A stretch of 60,310 bases of DNA, filler included, from Blastocystis sp. subtype 4 (GCF_000743755.1; 6 parts of 6 records of this genome joined end to end with filler, not necessarily neighbours in it); one strand, 5' to 3'; positions 38,078 to 52,134 are shown, numbered from the whole stretch's first letter. Numbers and translations: made by a program. The notes: generated by a model from the letters alone, not told the origin.

Positions 38078-38553
38078 ATGTGTAAACACGTGTTGAATGC
38101 TCAGGTATCTCTTTCCATCCTGTCTATAACATCAAGGTATCAATAAGGGCACCTTGTTGTGGAAAATGGTTTGATTGTGCGAAGTGTCATGAAGAACAAA
38201 TGGACCACCCTCTACAGCGTTCCAATATCATGGTAAGGTAAAAAAAACTCGGAGTGAGTATATAGATCTTTGGTTGCAAGAAATGTAAGCATGTATTTCG
38301 AAAAGATATGCGGTATGACTTATCTTGTTGGTTGAATTCTAGAGACTTCGACGAAAGTGATGAATACTGTCCAAATTGTGATAACCATTTTGTCATTGAA
38401 GCTGAAACACCTCAAACTCAAGCGATGAATGATGGGAAAGCAAGAATCGTTGTTAGTGCTGAAGGCGATACTCAGCGGGAAGCAGAAGAACTTCGAGAGC
38501 AGATGATGAAAAAGATCATGGAAGAGGGAATTGATGATCTGTTGGATGACTAA
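38078..38553 (+). CDS. CHY-type zinc-finger protein
   Basis: MCKHVLNAQVSIRAPCCGKWFDCAKCH...CKKCKHVFRKD...YCPNCDNHF. Confidence 0.85.
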
Positions 38554-38683
38554 TTGTATTCTATGTGTGTTTGTCGTGATAGTCTATTTGCAGGTCCATA
38601 TACATCTATTTCGTTTATGTCAGTTCAAATTGGTATTGTTATTGTCAGAAAAGTTGGTAACATTTGGCAAACAAAAAGAAGCA

Positions 38684-38756
38684 CTCCGAAGCGGGGAATC
38701 GAACCCCGGTCGTCCGCGTGACAGGCGGAAATACTTAACCACTATACTACTTCGGA
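38684..38756 (-). tRNA. tRNA-Asp(GTC)
   Basis: Cloverleaf with TCCGAAG/CTTCGGA acceptor stem, anticodon loop CTGTCAC, GGTTCGATTCC T-arm, downstream T5 terminator. Confidence 0.96.
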
Positions 38757-38958
38757 TTATTCTATTTTTAACTCCATGATAGATCAAGGACACAGCATAT
38801 GTCCAACTCACATTTGTTCGAATTCAACGATTCACTGAATTCTAATTCCATTGAACATCTATCAGTCACAGTATCAAGGATATTCGACTCACCACTTTCT
38901 TTTCATCATCATTCTTTTGCATTTATTCTATTATATTGGGTGGATATCTGATCTTTCT

Positions 38959-39360
38959 ATGCAGTCTCGATTCTTATTCTCTTCATCAGAAGCCGATACT
39001 CTTCCAAAGACCTCGGAATCTATTTCAAATAATTTTCAAACATATGCACCAAATTCAGGACCTATCTCTTCGAATCCTTCATCGTCTTCACTCGCTGAAG
39101 AGATAACTTCTCGAAAACAAATTCGTTTGGATGAGAGAGATCATCCTAAACAACGGGGAGATTCTTCAAGCAATTCATACAGTACTGGTATTCCCGTAAT
39201 GTTATTCTCATTTTCGTAGATTATGTATTCCATATAGCGATATACAAGTCACTATCACCGTCGGAGGGTACAACACTGAATTGTGTGTCTACAAAAGAAG
39301 ATGTGGAGTATCTCAAATCTAGGAAGGTTATTCCTTCATATCGGTTCTCTTAAAGTTAGG
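38959..39360 (+). CDS. Hypothetical Ser-rich protein
   Basis: ORF MQSRFLFSSSEAD... with intron-like interruption; 3' end uncertain. Confidence 0.35.
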
Positions 39361-39386
39361 TCGTTTTTTATTCACAAACATTTCTG

Positions 39387-39926
39387 TCACACAAGCACTG
39401 TAGTAGGAACGCCCTGGTGTTCCTTGTACTGATAAACGTTGTAGAGAACACGAGTTACCTGCTGAGGAGTTATGTTCACGTCACTGATTATCATCATGAT
39501 TCTACAATTCTTACGGAAACTCGGAATTGATTTTTACAGCGATGAAGTACCCAGCATCCTTCTTTTGAGGTTTGATAGGGAAGAGAGTCTTGAACTCCTC
39601 CCATAAAGCGAAGATACGCCGTCTACATCTTCTGGAGATATTAGGACGTCTCTCTCGACCAGAGATAGATATCTTATCTACTTGGATCGATTGAGAATCA
39701 GGTTCAACAGGAATAACTGGTGAAGGTCCACTACTATCGATAGAAGAGGAATCTGTTTGCTCTGTAGGCATGATAGGAGCAAGAAGAAGGTCCAGTCCGG
39801 ATGTCAGAGGAGATGTCTCATCGATAGTATCATCTACAGTCAAGCTCTAGAGGATAGATTACTAGTTTCGTCATTTTGAGTAAGTGATTGAGAAACGTTA
39901 TTATCACAGTTTTTCCATCCCAACAT
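39387..39926 (-). CDS. Small protein with a possible divergent homeodomain-like region
   Basis: Spliced: RERRPNISRRCRRRIFALWEEF...PQKKDAGYFIAVKINSEFPDVNITPQQVTRVLYN; TGTTTGTG downstream. Confidence 0.4.
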
Positions 39927-40192
39927 AATCAAGATCAAAGAAAGTAATGAAAGGAGAGAGAACAGGAGGTTTTCATTAAGTAAAGATCAGCAGTTATCAT
40001 GCTTTGATTTATCAGTGATCCCTTTGCAAACTTTACTTAAGTAATGTCCAATAGATCCATAAGGAGATGATTATACTCAGCAAATCCAACAAAAAGTTGT
40101 CTCCAAACCCTAAATATCATTCATATAAGAGGCATACTATGTTTTTAACAAACATCAAAGAATCGTATTGTACACATATAAAGACATCAACT

Positions 40193-40245
40193 TCACTTCT
40201 CATTACGAATACGACGAGCGAGCTGCATATCACGAGGCATAATCG
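40193..40245 (-). CDS. Histone H3 family C-terminus (variant), partial
   Basis: IMPRDMQLARRIRNEK-TGA; TGTTTGTT element at 40147-40154 on the minus strand. Confidence 0.85.
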
Positions 40246-40345
40246 NNNNNNNNNNNNNNNNNNNNNNNNNNNNNNNNNNNNNNNNNNNNTTAATTAATTA
40301 ANNNNNNNNNNNNNNNNNNNNNNNNNNNNNNNNNNNNNNNNNNNN

Positions 40346-43300
40346 ATCTTGTACTCTGAGAAGGAACAAGTCAGTGTTCTACAAAGAGTGAGCAATGGAC
40401 ATCCAATCGACTCCAATTCGTACAAAACCACAAGTTCAATCCACCTACTTCACAACCATTCTGAATAGAGTTCTGTGTAAGAATGTATTGCTTGTGAAAA
40501 AAAGAAGCGTCCAGTGATCAGGAGCCTTGAATAATCAGGGTTCCCCAGAATGATAAATTCCCATGATTCAACAAACAGATATAAGCACCAAAATAGATAT
40601 TTGAAAGAGTCTTTAAGTATATAGCAATTTCCGAAGGTACCATCGATTGTGGACGAGGAAGACATAACACCTGTAGTTCAATTTGTTCAGCACGACTCAA
40701 GGAGCCAGCCACTTCAACCAAGTGATGTCGGAGATTGGATTCATATTCCAGGAACTGAGCAAAGAGACTACAGAAGAGTGGATCAGTGATCGGTTTCTTC
40801 TTTAGTCGAATTCGCTTGATTGCAAGAGAAGAAGATAAGACCCGAATATATGCATATAAGCAATTGGTATTATATGACCAAGTAGCGGCGATGTTCTTAA
40901 CATTTGTCAGAACCATATCTGTTATTGAACTATTCACAAGTGATTCAGTTCTAGGAAGCTTTTCAAGAATTGTGATTAATGGAATTACAGCACCTAATTT
41001 GACAAATGTTGAGATCGCTAGTAATAGTGTCTATTCTCATGAATATTTAGAAATATTTACATGACCTCTCTCTAGAAGAAATAAGAAATAGATTTGAGAT
41101 GGATATGTCCGAATCTACAATCATCATTGTTCATTGTAATTACCTCATATTCTTTACTTGTCAATGAAGAGAGTAATGTAACAATAGCAGTATTACATTC
41201 ATTTAGATCATGAGGACAGATATTACCAATCATGGTGAGTACTTCCAGAGATGTCAAACAACCTTCATATCCAACCCATGGAGGCAATTCATTCACACAA
41301 CGAAGATTACGAAGCATAGTCAGTCGAATCGATGGGAGATCTGTTCTGCTACAGTCTTGACAAAGAGTGATTCGACGATCATTAGCCATAATTTCAGTGA
41401 GAATTCCCGTGGTTATAGCACAATTTGAGTGAAGACGTAGACCACAGAAAGCACAACTCATTGTAGTAACAAGTGATTGAGTGAAGGGTTGAGAGCAGGC
41501 AGCACAACGACCACCATGTGAAGTTAGAACTGAAGAGACATTCTGCAAGAGAAGGGAATTAAAACACAGACCAATGAAGGTATACTTCTGAACGAAATAT
41601 CTAAACTTAAGGTTAATATAAATCTTCTACGCAAGAGCATCACTCCAATCAGGACGATTACAAAGTGACCAAATAATCCTTCCATAAATGCACCAACTAT
41701 CCGTAGTGTAACTTGGCGTTGAAGTCTGAATACTATGAATAGAATCCTTCAATCCAGTAAGCAAAGTATCACAAACAGAGACAGACAAATCTGTTCCTTT
41801 GACGCATTCATGCAAAAACAGCAGAGCATTCCTAAAATGAAGATTCTGTTTGACTTCACGAGAACATTTCTCAATGAGTCCTTGAACCCATTCTATATGA
41901 CCTAATAACTAAACATGATATCTTCCTTTTAACCCCACTTCTTCTTGAGATAATGGTGAACATAGATACTCAAGAACAAGAGTCTTCATGAGCAAGGAGA
42001 AGAACAGAACAATCACTCCTTCTTCAACTGTGACAATTCTACCTTCTCTTCCAGACTGTATTGGAATTGTTCCTTGATATGCTGAGAGAATCTGATTGGG
42101 AAATGCCTTCTGGAGATACTGAATACAGGTAATGATATTCGAAAATGTGAAAATCGACCCTTCTTTTGATTTGGGACAACCTAAAAGAGGATCTCGTACA
42201 TATCCCACTGTCTCATAAAAGGCAGAAATATTGGAATTATGATAAGCAGAATCAACTCGAGCAGATTCAGTATAGACAGCACTCTGATAGAGCCATTGAA
42301 GGAATCGTGTCCAGTAATATATATCACAGATGTTATGAATAAGAATCACTGAGATCAAAGCGTGATATTTCAACATCCACTGACGTGTAGACTGAAGTTT
42401 GAAATCTAGAGTTAATGATCTGGAGAAAGATCACCTTGAAGGTAAGAATTCACTGGCTCTGTATCGAGACGTAGTGTGAGGATTCCACTCAATAATCGAT
42501 ATTGCTTCTTTTCACATTGACAGAAAATGTATTGAAGATCATTGTTAGTAATTCTCTAATAGTAACTCCTTACGAATGAATCAACCTCTGTTTGAAATCG
42601 TTGTAATCTATGAACCAACTCCATGATCTCCATATCATATACTTCAAGCATCATACACTCCTTAGTCAAATGTCCATGACCAATCCTTCGACTCTCCATA
42701 TCACTCCATTCTATCAATAAATCTTTTAACTTCCTAGAAAGTTCTTTCCACTCAATTAACGAATTCAATGTATCATGAATGATATACAATGAATAGGCAT
42801 CCAAAGGAAGAATATCAGCTACTGTATACTGATATCGAGTTGAATGAACTTCATATCCATAAGTCTTAAATGAAACTCCAAACATACATGCCAGACATTG
42901 GCATAATTCTAATCCATATTCATTAACTCGAGATTTCATTAAGGCAATTAGATGAATAATGAAAAACAGAAGAGCACCGTGATTGTTAACACAAGTACTT
43001 GTATGAGCAACGAATGAATGAATCTGCGTACTGGCAATAAGCAGACTTTGAAGAATAGAATCCGCCAGTTCTTGAGTTTTCGATGCTATATCTCGATAGA
43101 GACTTGTTAATGATAGAATTGAATAGAACAGTTGGAATAGGATTCCTGTTTGTTGCTGTCTTGAAACTAGTCGATTGTGAAGGATATGAACAAGACACTG
43201 AAGTAACAATATGATACTCTGTGTTGATGAAGTCTAGACTATAGAGAAATGAGAATTCATACAGTCACATGGAAAACGGAGGAGATTCGTATAATGTTTC

Positions 43301-46058
43301 CATTACTCCTCCAAGAGAGCATCTGATGTTCTATCCAATTCACTAAATGAGAAATACAATCGAGATGTGTCTTATTGAATCGATTCGTAGAAGCAATGCA
43401 ACTCATCAGGATGGAGATGATGTGTAAATATGAAGGAGAATCATCTGTAGCATAATGAGTAAGAATCACCATCAGAAGATTCCGATATTGATACTGATAG
43501 GAGAGAAGAACAAGCTTATGAAGTTCCTGAGAACCAGACTGAAATTCAGTAGGAGAGATAGTCACCGTTTGAGACTGTAGAGTGATGACTACTGGCGACT
43601 GAGTTGGTGTTGCTGATGGAAGCTGGGTTGAAACTGTTTGAAGATACTTCTTCAATAGAGGAATTAGTGATTGAGCATATGCCGTCACTAACGAGGCTGA
43701 TGATGAAAGAACAGACAAATGAAGTTGGACTACATGATGCATGTATTTGCAATAATCCTCCAGATTTCTGTACTTCAGAAAACATGTCAGAATTCGGTAT
43801 ACTAACTCTGAATGTTCACTACAATGTATAGATTCATCAAATCATACTTCAAATACACAATCCACTTTCCATTTTCTACAATCTCATGTAATGCCTCAAT
43901 CACATTCTCCTCTTCCTTCAGAATGCAATCTCTCACATGTTCAATTGCTGACATACCTCCTGATCGGCCATCATCCTCAAAGAACTGTTCAGTAAGGAAA
44001 GATGAAGAGCCATAGAATGGCAACATCACACCAACTCCATTCTCTGTAGAACATACAGGAGAATTATCAACCAAAATCACAGACTGGTTACTTTTTACCA
44101 TCCGAGTTAGTGGCATCGATGGAGCGGTGGTATTCATGAAATGAATGAATGAATCATGACATTGAGATAACTTCATTGGTGTTATATGCATGTATAGTGA
44201 TCGTTGATACATATAATAATCATATCGTAAATGATACAATGGATTCATATCAACTAGAGAAAGTGAATCTCGAAGTAAAGGATCCTGTTCTAGAGTCAAA
44301 TGAATTGATCAGAAGTACCATCAATCAGTGAATAGAATGGCTGGGTATGTAAATGATTCTTATTCATTTCAAACCACAACCATAACTCATTCATCATTAA
44401 CACTAAACTGGGATGATCTGTGATACAATAAGGAAGAGTCTTTCGGACACACTGGAGGAGAAACAGTAATTCAATTCGTGTTCGAGATTCAAACAATAAG
44501 AGAATAGGGAACTCTTCGAGAGTATTCAGTAATCGATGGAGGAACGAAGATGCTAAGATAGACTTCTCGTTTCCTAGAAGCTCATTCAGAAGCATCAAAC
44601 AACTATCTATCAACCACAATTCATTGGATTACTTCTGATTCCTCAATCGATCAGCTGCAGTCAGAGTGAGGCCTGTGGATGGTGTAGTTAACATGGGAAT
44701 GCTTCCGATAGGATCAGCGACCTCACAAGGAGTATATGAACATGATAGAGCACTCGACAGATCAGGCTGATCATGGTATATGAATGGAAAGCATTTCATA
44801 AAGAACTCTCTATTTCTGGATTCCACTTTTCATTCTTACTCAACAGTACTTTCTGTCAAAAGAACAGAGGATGAAGAAACTTGCTGATTATTGAAGTGCC
44901 ATGGTGTTAAGGGAAGAACTTCCTTCTGAGAGGAGATGGACTGCTCATCAGATGGTTGTAATGGGATCACCACAGCAGGATCAGAGTCAAGAGAATTCTG
45001 AGATCCAGGAGGAGGAGACATGGAATTAGTGAAAGAGTCAGGAAACACGAAATGGAATCGTGTTCCGAGAGTATTGTTTCGAACACATTCCACTAGCTTC
45101 TCCACAACAAGATTCCAACAGGAATGAGAAGAGAGATGAATCACCTCCACAGGCAAATCGAGAGAGAAGGTACTAGCATCCACAACTGGACTAGTGAATA
45201 CATTGGAAAGGGTTTCAACAGTAAGAGATGGAGGAAGAGGAAGTGAAGGAGAGGAGAAGAAAACAGATGAAGAGAACCGTGTTTTAAGGAAGGTGATTAG
45301 TGTCTGGATTTCTGGATACTCAGAAAAGTCTAATTGATAAAGACCAATAGTTTGGAGGATGAATTGAAGACCATCTTCATCCTGCAGCTTCCAACAGATC
45401 TGGATAAAAAGAAGCAAATATGAGATATCTTGATCGGTCAATAGAATTGGAGGGAAACTGTGGAATAGAAGAGTTACAATCTGTCGCAAAGCAATATGTT
45501 GGTAACGAAGTCTATTTGTTAGAATAATTGAATAGTTACGCACAGTCCACACGAATGAGAAAGTGTAAACAAACGTTGCCAACAAGAACGACTACTCTGA
45601 AAAATGTGAATGGCCTACAATTGAATATAATTTCTCATTCGTACAAGCAGAGTATATTCAATTGCTTTGTTCAGATCATTCAAAGAACAATACAATTCAG
45701 CTATTCGATTCGCACACATAAAACGGAGTTGATTCTCAAATGGAAGATTTTCAAAAACCTGTTCTGATATATCTGGAGTATCCAATAATGGACTTGAAAA
45801 TATGTCATTAAGTCTTCCAATTACCTCTAGCTTCTACAAGTCAATATACATAACAATTTATACACTATTCACATCATTTGTCTGCTTATTTAGCAGAGAA
45901 TAGTACATTGCTCGAAGCTTCACCAACTTCAAATAATATCTCCAACTCTATTCACTACCTCATCTTCCCGAATCTCCTCTTCTGTTTGTTTCACAGGTGC
46001 ACTATCATTCACAAACCAATTTGACTATCTGTGATTTTACGACCATATAAACTACCAT
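40346..46058 (-). CDS. Large helical-repeat protein with PHD-like finger; Cabin1/Hir3-like (3' end truncated)
   Basis: N-terminal QTEEEIREDE and TPR-like LRFMCANRIAELY..DLNKAIEYTLLAI..CWQRL resemble Cabin1; CAAC..CAFC..HSNC..CQDC finger at ~41300-41510. Confidence 0.45.
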
Positions 46059-46237
46059 AGAATCCAGATAGTGATGTCAGAAGCAGGAATTAACGAGATT
46101 TGATTATCCCAGGAATTTTTGAGGTTACCCAATTCTAATCTATTTTCGTCACCGGTTTGAGTCGAGCAACATCACCAAGTAAGCATTTCTGTGTCCTTCC
46201 ATTGCGGTAGATTTCTATACTCTTTGATTTGTGGTGA

Positions 46238-49200
46238 ATGGGAAGTAAAGGAATGTCTGGAAATGCAAGTACGGACTCAATTCCTGTTCGAGTTATTGTT
46301 CGTGTTCGTCCATTGATTTCTCTTGAATTGTCGAGTGGAGCAGGGGAATGTGTGACGGTCGATGAGAAAACTGGAAGTGTGTTTGTAAATGATCGCGCTT
46401 TTTTGTTCGATGAAGTTTTTGGATCAAAATGTACTCAGGACTTTGTTTATTCAGAAAGTGTGAGTGATTTGCTCTCTTCTTCGTTCAACGGTTATAATAC
46501 TACGATTTTTGCCTATGGGCAGACTGGATCTGGTAAAACGTATACGATGGGAACAGGAGTCGATTATGGCAATGATGAAGATCGAAAAGGAATCCTTCCT
46601 CGGATGATTTCTGATTTGTTTGAACGATTGGATACAGAGGTGGAAAAGTGTGCGAAGGAAGGTTATTCGTATGAGATTTATTCATCGTGCAAAATCCTAT
46701 TGGGTTATAATTCGTAGATTTCTGGAGATTTACAACGAAAAGGTGTTCGATCTGATGAATTCTCGCAATGAGAGTCTTTCTATCGTAGATAATGGCGATA
46801 ATGTGCTTGTTCGAGGTCTATCAGAGCGTCGGATCTATCGAGCTGCTGATATGTATGCAGTTCTTCAAGAAGGAAGTGAGTCACGAAGTATCGGAGCAAC
46901 AGAAATGAACCAACAGTCGAGTCGAAGTCATGCAATTTTCACGATTACTATTTGCAAGATTTCGGAAACAGAAGGGACCATTCGAGGAAAGATCAATTTT
47001 GTGGATCTTGCAGGCAGTGAACGACTGGAGAAGACTAAAGCTACGGGAAGTCGAGCTCAAGAAGGGATATCGATTAACAAGTCCCTTTCAACATTGAGCA
47101 AGGTAATTGAAGCATTGAGTACTCACCAATCACATATCCCTTATCGTGAGTCCAGTCTCACACGGATTCTGAAGGATTCGTTGGGTGGGAATGCAAAAAC
47201 TGTGATGATTGCTTGTGTGTCTCCTGCAGATAGCAACAACAGTGAGACTGTTAACACGCTACGATGGGCAGATCAGGCCCGCAAGATTCAGAATAAACCT
47301 GTTGTTAATGTGGATCCGACAACCGCGGAAATAATCAAATTAAAGCGGCGAATAGCAGATCTAGAGGAGATCGTATCGAGATATGATAGTAATGGGATGG
47401 CAAAGCAGGATGATTTGCTCCTCCAGAAGGAAGTGGATAGATTACGATTAGCATTGTTACAAACAGAGACAGAATTGAGACGAACTCGAGATGATCTATC
47501 ATTATTGCTATCACGAGGAAAAGAGAATGGTGTGGAACAACTACTGAAACAAAAAGATGAAGAGATTGAGAAGCTACGACAACAACTCGTGTTGAAGGTG
47601 GGTTCATATGTTGGATCTAATGGACAGACATACAGTATACCGGATCTAAGTATTGATGCATCTAGCGTGGATGAGGCGAATCTTCAGGAATCTGCGGAGA
47701 GTATCAATCAAGAAACTATAGACGAGAGCTCACTTCATGAATCTACACAGTCAATGGAAGATGACACAGATCAAGCAAAGCTCAAATCACTGACATTACA
47801 AGAGAATCGATTAGTGAGTGTGCTTAACAGCAGTCAGCAAATCCAATCCCTCCGTACACAATATGAAGAGAAACTTCTTCAAGTAGTGAATCAGCTGGCA
47901 TCCTTGACTGTCTCTCTCTTCATTTTCTATCATTTGTAGTCTGAGAATAAGTCTCTCCAACAGCAGCTCCAGCAGGCTGAGAAGAAAACTTCTTCCTCAC
48001 CAATGCTACAAGAGTTACGACGCAAATTGAAGCAAAATGAGGCGAATGCGGCCCAGTTACAGCGTTGGCAAGGAGAATACAAACGAATGGTTGAACGATA
48101 TAGGCAGAAGGAGACGGAAGTCCAACAACTCACTCTGACTCTGAAGCAGGTTCAAGCAGAGCGGATTCGATATCAGAAAGAAGTAGCTAAGAAGGCGAGA
48201 GCAGCTCAACTGGAAGCTAAGAAACGAGAACTTGAGGAGACACGTCAGAGACAACGTGATCGAAAAGAAGCAGAGAAATTGGAGCATCAGATTCAGCAGT
48301 TGGAAGTCCAGTTGCGTCGTGAGAGAGGTGATATTTGAAAGATATTGTGACGTATAGACCGTCTGGAACGAACGAAACGACAGCGTCCCTCCATTTTGAA
48401 AGAATCGGAACGAGTAGTTACAGGAAGTGATGATCGAAATCTGAAGAAACAAGTTAATGGAATTCTGCTTCGTGAATTGGCCGATCGGAAAGTGAAACGA
48501 GAGATGGTATGGTATTGCTGATGATAGATCATGGAAAGACAGAGTGTATTGAGCGACGTAAACAGCTACAAGTGGTTTTGGATGCTCTAGAGAAGAGTAG
48601 GAGATCCAATAATTCTTTCATAGACAGATCTTAGCGTAGAGACTGATAGTAGCACAATCCAGCTACTCCAACAACGGCAACAGGCATTGAAGCAAGAAAA
48701 AGAGATTCTCTCTGCTCGCATTTCTCGACTTAATAAACACTTATCGCTTATTCCTGCTTCAGCATCCTCTCCTGCCACCTCGTCTAGATGGCTCATATTC
48801 TCCTCTCAAGAACAGCTTCGAACCGTATGTGAGTTACTTCTTGATAAAGCCTCTACACAAGCAGAAGAGGCTTCACAACAAACAAAAGATCTCCAGAAGT
48901 TAGTGAAGGATAATGCTGACTTGGTATCGCAAGTAAAAACGGCCGAAGCCAGATCAGCTTTCTTGTTGGAGAAGATAGGTCAAACTGGAGATTCTGAAGT
49001 TGCCAAGTTCCTCCAGAGACAGTTGGAGATCACTCGAGACGAGAAGATGATGCTTCAGCTCCAGCTGGATGAAGAGAAAGCACTGAAAGATTATACGGTC
49101 ACACAGTCTGGTAATACACTTCCTGAACTGAAGTCCAAACTACCGATCGCTAGACGATCGTTGCCTGTTCCTCCACAAAAATCAATACATGTTTCAAGTG

Positions 49201-49686
49201 AGGAGAATGTGGAAGCTACTCCCCATACTCCTCCACGAATACCCAAACCACAGTTATCGATCAGGAATTATGCAAAATTGGAACGATCTATCAATGTAAC
49301 TGGCTACAAACAAAAGATCAAGGAATCCTCCATATCGATAGACGATCTTCAGCTTCCTGCTTTACCTAAATTAATGCAAACGAGTGCTGGTGACAAATCC
49401 TTGAAGAGGAAGGTAGAACGATCGAATTGTACTTTAGTTCTAGAGATCCCAGATGAGTCGTGAAGAAAAGGAAAAACTAATTAAAAGACAAGAAACGGAA
49501 ATTGATATGTTGTTATCAGAAGATGGTTGCCACTGCAAGGGAAAATGTTCTAGTCGAAAGTGTCCTTGTCGAAACTACGGGAAAGAGTGTTCAGCAACCT
49601 GTTCATGTTCTGCTCGACGATGTGTCAATCGGAAAGTTCGTGAAGACGATGATACTGTAATCAATTCCTCTTTCGAAAATCAATAA
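46238..49686 (+). CDS. KIF4: Kinesin-4 (chromokinesin KIF4-like)
   Basis: YGQTGSGKTYTM, SSRSHAIFT, VDLAGSER, HIPYRESSLTRILKDSLGGN, coiled coil, C-terminal Cys-rich CHCKGKCSSRKCPC...CSC..RCVNR. Confidence 0.88.
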
Positions 49687-49979
49687 TTGTACTATAAGTC
49701 TCGTTTTCATGATTTGTTTCGAAACTCGAATTCCTCTGTAGCATCTACTACCACGAAAGATCTACTGATTCGTGCAATAGAATCAAATAAACGTATTTGT
49801 TGTCATGAACACGAATTAAGCGTCATGGAATTGGATTGGATAAACCGATGAACTGTTGATTTATTGGTAGAACTTATTTTCTATCCAATCATCCAAATAA
49901 TAAAACCCGTCCATAGAATGCGTCATTCATGCGAGAGTTTCAATTGTATCTATTGTCACAATAATATTTGTAAGCAAGT

Positions 49980-50309
49980 ATGAAGTCTATTATCTTCGCT
50001 CTGTTCGCTATTGCTCTCGCTAGCAGCCTCCGCTACGAGAATACCTTCAATTCCTTCGAGGCCAGATATGGAAAGAACTACATCAACGATGCTGAGAGAT
50101 CTTTCCGTGCTAAGGTCTTCGCCTACAACATGGATTGGGTCAACAAGATTAACGCTGAGGGTCATCCTTACACCGTCGGTGCTACTATTTTCGCTGATAT
50201 GACTAACCAGGAGTTCGCCACCTCTAAGATGTGCGGATGCATGCTGAAGCCTACCATGACTAAGCCTGCTACTCCCATTATGGATGCTGCTCTTGAGGAG
50301 GTTGACTGG
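49980..50309 (+). CDS. Papain-family (C1A) cysteine protease: signal peptide and I29 prodomain (partial)
   Basis: Signal peptide, ERFNIN-like segment, GATIFADMT, EEVDW; C-ending codon bias. Confidence 0.9.
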
Positions 50310-50409
50310 NNNNNNNNNNNNNNNNNNNNNNNNNNNNNNNNNNNNNNNNNNNNTTAATTAATTAANNNNNNNNNNNNNNNNNNNNNNNNNNNNNNNNNNN
50401 NNNNNNNNN

Positions 50410-50993
50410 ATCATAAGTGCATGTTGTTCCCTCAAAAACCTTCGAGAAAATGTAATCCAGATCGTATCCATCTCCTCCAACAGCATAGTCAGCAACTTCG
50501 GTGGGCAAGGTGTACTCCATTCTCTAAAGAAGAAGTCAATTATTTGCACAATCAAGTAATGGAAGGAAAAGAAAGAATCAACCATGATACTTTCTTTAAC
50601 TAATACTCCCTCGTATAAACACTTACCTATCAAACAACCGGTTAACAAACTCTGTCGAAGAAGAACGAATGCACCAATCCTGAAGCCTTTTTGCCTCCCA
50701 TATTCTTTCTAGATTCCCGCGGTCAATTGTATCTGACCCAATTCTATAACCAGATATGGGTCATGAAGAGGATAACTGAATTGTTCAGCTTGTGTAATAG
50801 TTGGGGGTTGTCACTTCATCTACACTAAAGAGCATCTCAGTATGTTGGAAACGGTTTTAGTTCAAAGAGAATCAACAGTCATAAGAGTTTGAATCTTTAC
50901 AACTGATCTACTCTTCCCGAACCTTCTAATGATGATTCTTCTCCAACAATGAATAGTATGCCCCATATTAATATAGAATTGGGTCAGAAATGA
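50410..50993 (+). CDS. Hypothetical protein, 3' part
   Basis: Open frames interrupted by intron-like segments; no recognisable motif. Confidence 0.25.
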
Positions 50994-51241
50994 TTCACCG
51001 CGGGAATCCAGAGAGGGTAGGCATTCCAGTTCTTCCAATATAAACGTGCAGTTGGTACTAATTGACTAAACTATCATAGTTTTTGCTTTTCATATCTCAT
51101 CACCCTCTTCTTTCACAACAATGCACTCCATTACCTCTCCACTCTCCCATAACACTTCTACCTTATCAAATCACTCATACAATGAGAAATAGATCAAATG
51201 GTGTTCCCGCGGTTCTTCTCAGAATATGGGACAGAAGCAAA

Positions 51242-52094
51242 ATGTTCTCTCTCGCGCGCCTGAGCTTGCTTTCTGGACAATCTATCATCTCAGGAGCACG
51301 ATCCTTCGCTAAGGCAGTATCTCAGAGTGAGATCTATCAGGTTCTTGACAAGAATCATACCATCTACACGATTCCTGCCTTTCGACGAGACCGTGATGGT
51401 AAAAACTACAGTCGTTTCCTTCGCAAGAATGGAGCAATTCCTGGTGTATTATATGGTCCAGATGGCAAGGGACACGATGAACGTGTACTTGTTTATGTAC
51501 CAATGAGTGAGGTGGATCGATTCATGACACGGTTGAATCTGAGTTTTGAGAGTACTCTTTTTTATCTAGATGTTGAGGGAGAACGTACACTGGTGTTTCC
51601 TCGTCAACTCTCCTGTCATCCAAGTAGTAGTTTTGTAGTCAAAGTGAGGTATAGTTACGGAGCGTCCAGAATCATTGAATTTCATTCGAATGAACTTTGT
51701 AAAGGGTACAGTTGTTCAGATTCCCATTCGATATTATAATAAAGATAAGAACAAAGAACTCAAGAGAGGTGGCTTTCTATCAACTGCAACTCGATATCTA
51801 GACGTGCGTGTTCACGGAGATGTGACCTATGTTCCTCCTTTTGTGAACTGTAATGTTGAAAGACTCTCACATCGTCGTTGTTTTGGCCTTGCTGACCTTG
51901 ATTTTGATAGAACCAAGTTCACACCAATCGCAAAGATGAATTCGCGTGTCTTTGCATCTGTCTCTGGAAAGGTTAAGGGTCTGGCAGGAGAAGTCGAGGC
52001 AGAAGCAGAAAGGGAAGCAGCTGCAGCTGCAGCCACAGCTACTCCAGCAACAACTCCAAGTACTCCTGCAGCATCTGCAGCAAGCACAAAGTAA
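51242..52094 (+). CDS. Organellar ribosomal protein bL25 (L25/CTC + TL5 C-domain) with N-terminal targeting peptide
   Basis: R..GKNYSRFLRKNGAIPGVLYG, PRQLSCHP, LNFIR, VQIPIRY, LKRGG; presequence MFSLARLSLLSG..ARSFA. Confidence 0.85.
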
Positions 52095-52134
52095 TTCTAG
52101 GTTCTTTTATTCAGTGTTTGTGAACAAAGAAAGA

